A stretch of DNA of 64,000 nt from Lama glama (Eukaryota): the NCBI GenBank assembly GCA_028534125.1, contig CM052818.1, positions 17,176,001 to 17,240,000 on the forward strand. Direction: 5' to 3'. The notes beneath the pieces were generated by a model, which saw nothing but the letters and a program-made list of their open reading frames with translations, searched no databases and was not told the DNA's origin. Made by a program: the position numbers and the translations under genes. The stretch's first letter is position 1. Every line of letters starts with the position of its first letter. Positions 59,726 to 64,000 of the stretch are shown in pieces.

Positions 59726-62700
59726 CCTCAAACAGCAGTATGTAACTAGGCCAGAGCAAGGAGGGGCTGAGTGGACTTAAGGAACTGAGGGGAGACGTCT
59801 CTTAGAAAATGAAATCTAGAGGCATTCAGAGAGAAAATTTACATATGTGTGGATGGATTTATTTAGTAAATCAGAATTCCTAATTTGGAAAATTCGGTGT
59901 AGATTCACCTTGTTGACATCACTGTTTTCACATCACAATGACTTTTTGGTTAATCTCTAGTGGTTTAGCAGGCAAAACGCATGCCAAGGCAGCAGTTCTG
60001 TCAAAGTGAGGCCAGTCCTTGATTCTTGTTTCAGTGCATTAGAAGGAATAGCTCTAAAATCTAGGATTTACTGTGAACCTGTCCAGAAGAAGTCTGAATT
60101 CACAAGCCCCCTCCCAAACAGCTCACAATGCAGACATTTCATTGGATTAATCACGGAGGTCTTGGCAGAAACTCCTTTTTTTCTGAGCCAGTAATTGGAA
60201 TAATATAAGAGTTAGTCATTTGGTGCTTGGGGGAAAAATAAATACTCAGCTTTCCCTAGGCTGTCCCCGAAGGCTCCTCTGGTTTAACATTCATTTTCTT
60301 TTTAATGTTAGAATTGCTTCTATTTTATGTGGAGCCACGTGGTCCTGTTCATTGAGTTGGCAGGTGGCTTCAATCCTGTAATTATGATCTTGATTGTCGG
60401 CTACCAAAGCACAAAAGAAAACCGTAGTAATCCACTCCAGTGGTCTTTAGTGAATTGTTGCATATGCTTTTTGGTATATCCCTGCACATAAATCTCACAG
60501 TAGCAATAAAACTATTAGGGAAGTAAAAGATACGCATTTTAATTTTCATAAAATTGTCATAAAATTCAATTAACTATACTTTCCCAAATTGCAGTTCACT
60601 CTGGGAAGTCCAGGGTTTCCTAATCTGAAATTGCATGTTCCTTTCACTTTTCCTAGTGACCTCTGTTAATGCTTTAATCATTACACTTACACGTCATCTT
60701 GCAGCAGCATCTTCTCTGGGGTCCCTTTGTTTCCTTATCTTTCTGCGAATTTTCTCCTGCTTTCCCACTTACAGCTTTGCAGAGGCACTTCCGGTACCAT
60801 TTTATTTATTTTTTTCCCTGTTGCCTTAATTGGAGGGAGAAAGGGAGAATGGAGAACATAAGTAATCCACACACATTTAGGCATAATAATTGCACAGAAT
60901 GGAGGAAAATGTTCTTTGGTGCTGTATCCACAAGTAATGAGGAAACAAAACAGAGTTTTCTTTATCAGACTACAAAGAGAGTCTGACCAACCCCCGCTTT
61001 GCTAATCTATAGAAGTGAACGTCCCTCCCGTGTTTTTAGATTGTTCACCTTCCTCTCAAAAGTAGTTTAATAGTACAGACTAGAGAAGGGTCTCCTGGTG
61101 TTCAGCTTTTATTACTTTCACTGACTAAAGTGCAGTACATTTCCTAGTATAATTACACCCGAGTTGTCACAATAAATGAACACAGTATATTTTACGATAC
61201 ACTTTACTTTGGTGATTATCATGTTTGTTCACCCATCTCTCAGACTTAATAACCCATGGGGGGCTTCTGCTAACATTGGTGAATGGAAATTAATGAAGCT
61301 CTCTCATTTGTGGCAAGGTCTTTATTTCAGTTGTACAAAAGCCATAGACAGGATAGGTAGTAGATTTAGGGAATTTTTGAAATATCTGCAACAATGCAGT
61401 GTTCCCTGCTCACTGTATGACTTTTCTAAATCTAACTACTAATTTCTTAGCACCCATAAAGGTGAATGTTAGCCAAATGCATTTTTAATGGAAACCAACT
61501 GATGTTCCTGAGTATTTTTAAAAACAAGATTAAAGAAAATCCTGATGTAAACGGAGCTCTCCTGTGAGGTATATGTTTATATTTGATTTCAAGTTGACCT
61601 TTTGCGGGACAGAGTTGCTTTCTATGCTTATGGTAGAATTAGAAAAAAAAATGTCAGAATGTGCATTTGGCTTAAATACCATGGAATCAAAATGTAAGAA
61701 TGCAGCCCTCTTAGAATGGACATTTGAAAGATTGTCCATTCTGCTTGTTGCATGACCATGACATATCTTATCATAGAGATCTCCGATGCAGCCCAACAAT
61801 AATGAGATCTTTTTCTTTAAGGAAAGGATAAAGGAATTGCATGCCCTGAGTCGTATGGTATTGTATCAGGTTTTATAAATATGCAGGGCATTTTTCCCTC
61901 AAATCAGACAAGGCGCATTCATGTAGTCTTGGCCATAAAATAAGTAATTTGGTTCCAACTTTTGAGTGAGCGTAAAACCTTTTTTGTCCGATTATGAAGA
62001 CAATACATACTTGTAGAACAATTGAAAACATAAAACAAACAAAAGGCAAAACAAAACCACCTGCATTTCTACAATTAGGTTCCTTCCCCTTTAAAGGAAG
62101 TTTTAAATTCAACAGCCAGGAAGTACTTACTCAATATTTTCTACAGGCTTAACATTGTGTTAACTACTGGGAAAAAAAGGAAAGAAAGAAATTCAGTTTA
62201 CTCTAGATACAAGACAAGAATGTGCTGTAACAATGGCCAGAACAGTGTTGGAGCAGTAGCCACTGTGTAGTGTTGTACAATTTCTGTATTGCAGACATCT
62301 GGGAGGCACCATCCAGCTCTTAGTCCTGTGAACCATTCTTTTAACAAATATTTTGGCAGCTACGTGTCTTGCTGAAGTTGCACTTTTTTTTTTTTCAGTT
62401 CACAGAAAGTTACCATATGTGTTGCCATGAGAAATGCAAGATGGTGTATAACCAAGAGCGATGTGATATAATACAATATAAATTCCATAGGTGTTACAAG
62501 TGAGGAGTAAAGCTAGGCCTTGAAGTTCATCTGAGATTTTCTTACATCAATTTAAAAGAATTAGCAAGTTGAGGATGTCGGTGCCAGGTTCCTAGATCTA
62601 TCTCCTGGGGAACCAATGTAAGGGCTTTCTCTACTTCTGGGTGTCCTTCTCTTGAGGAAATCACCTCTTGCCAATCCTAAGGTAGACGGATTGCCACTGA

Positions 62701-62895
62701 AGTATTGAGAGTCACCTAGAACGATTTTTCTAGAGCAGCCCACGAATAAGTCCCTTTACAGAAAGTAAAAGGAGGAGAACTTGGTGGGGTAAATGGCAGT
62801 TGGTGTCCACAAGGGATGGTGTTTCTACAGAGCAGGAGAGATAAGTTATGGGTATAGTGTGTCGTACATGCCAGCTATTTTGGTGGTAAATTTAA

Positions 62896-63291
62896 AAGAG
62901 TGAGACAAGGGTGAGGCAAGAGAGTCACTCATTTGGCTGTAAAATTTAAGGGGGCACTAAACCCTCAGTAATTAGTGCAATATTTGAAAAAAATAAAAAT
63001 TAATGCAAAAAAAATCTGTGATGAACAAAATGTGAACATTTTAAATCCAGAAGGCATCAGTATTCCTGTTTTCCTTCTCTCTGACTCCAGCGTAGCTCAG
63101 CCCACCACTGTGAACTGATCCTGTCTTTTTGAAAAATGTTGATATTTTATTCATCATGAACAAATTTTGATGTTTAAAATATTCATCTTGATTTTTAAAT
63201 ATTGCTGTGTGAGAGTGTTTGTCTTGATCACCGAGGTTTTGGCCCCGCCCTTGAATGTTGCCCCTGAGGCAAGTCTTTACGCCAATCCTGG
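62896..63291. mobile_element. Palindromic non-autonomous DNA transposon (MER96B-like)
   Basis: aagggtgaggcaag...aaaatttaagggggcac...ctcagtaat...attaatgcaaaaaa...tgatgaacaaaat, with an inverted copy to the right; 63019-63061 pairs with 63114-63156. Family name from memory. Confidence 0.7.
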
Positions 63292-64000
63292 CACATATCC
63301 ACTTTACAGAAGGCCACTGGGCAGGCACGTAAGCAGAGCCGAGACGGAGCTGCAACTTGAACTTGGCTCTGTTCATTATTAATCCGTAAGTCCCAGGACT
63401 TCTTCTGCAGGACTGTAAATCAAAAGACAAATCAATAATACTGAGTGCATGACATGATTATGGGTACTGTGGGTGCTGTAATTTGCCGAGACCCAGCTTC
63501 CCACAGGCTGATCACAAACAGAGAGTTAATTGCCTCCTCTTGCATTTTAGAAAATTAAAGTTAGGCAACTCTGTCCCACACTGTTTTCTAGGAGATCTTA
63601 TTACTTTTATGTATATTTATTTTTCGTGTGACAGAAAATGGATACCCCAAGGCTAAAATTAAATGCCATTTACTACACTGAGTTGGCTAAGACCAAGATT
63701 TTTGTCAGAGAAGAAAGAAGAGATTCATTGCACATCTTTGATTATGTTGTCATTGGATAGAAATTTATAAACACACTAAAAAATCACAAAAGCTGTGGAA
63801 GAGGAGGAGGTGGAAATTCTTTGCTGAACGTGTTATGGGTAGAGATGTCGTTTTCTCCTCAAAAACAGTCCATCCTTCGTACCAAAAATTCAGTTGACTT
63901 TTGTGTTTAATTCTACACTTTATGCCCCAGGCACATTTTTGTAATTAAACACTCGAGTAATAAAATTATTTTTAAATTTCTAAATGACAAACCCAGGAAA

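Noticed and set aside
61860..61875. attgtatcagg resembling the start of the SS3 microexon
   Set aside because: The similarity stops after about 11 nt, there is no AG acceptor, and it lies downstream of exon 17.
45923..64000. Beta-NRXN1 promoter / first exon
   Set aside because: Expected in this intron, but no CpG island or beta signal-peptide exon is visible; it must lie beyond the window.
1..64000. Prokaryote-type systems (CRISPR arrays, operons) and tRNA/rRNA genes
   Set aside because: This is mammalian intronic DNA; no regularly spaced repeat-spacer array or structural RNA gene was recognised.

Overview
Mammalian genomic DNA. The young L1 3' ends look camelid, and no Alu, Bov-tA, PRE-1 or CHR-2 SINEs were seen, so a camelid origin is inferred. 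The window covers the LNS4-LNS5-EGF-C part of alpha-neurexin 1 (NRXN1). Four constitutive-type coding exons are present, plus a 27-nt SS6 microexon (VALMKADLQ, 44851-44877) that the ORF track does not show. The gene changes strand across an exactly 500-N gap (18567-19066). The two upstream exons (commonly numbered 13 and 14) are on the minus strand left of the gap, and the downstream exons (16, SS6, 17) are on the plus strand right of it. The intervening exon 15 is not between them. The right edge of the gap is the decayed 5' end of an L1 whose 3' end is not on the other side. A mis-oriented contig is the most likely explanation; a true L1-associated intragenic inversion is the less likely alternative. 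The rest is intron with L1, L2, MIR, MaLR and MER-type repeats, microsatellites, CTCF-like motifs and several inverted repeats. Almost all short ORFs in the track are noise. I found no convincing previously undescribed biological system; candidate cryptic exons and regulatory patches are flagged as speculative.
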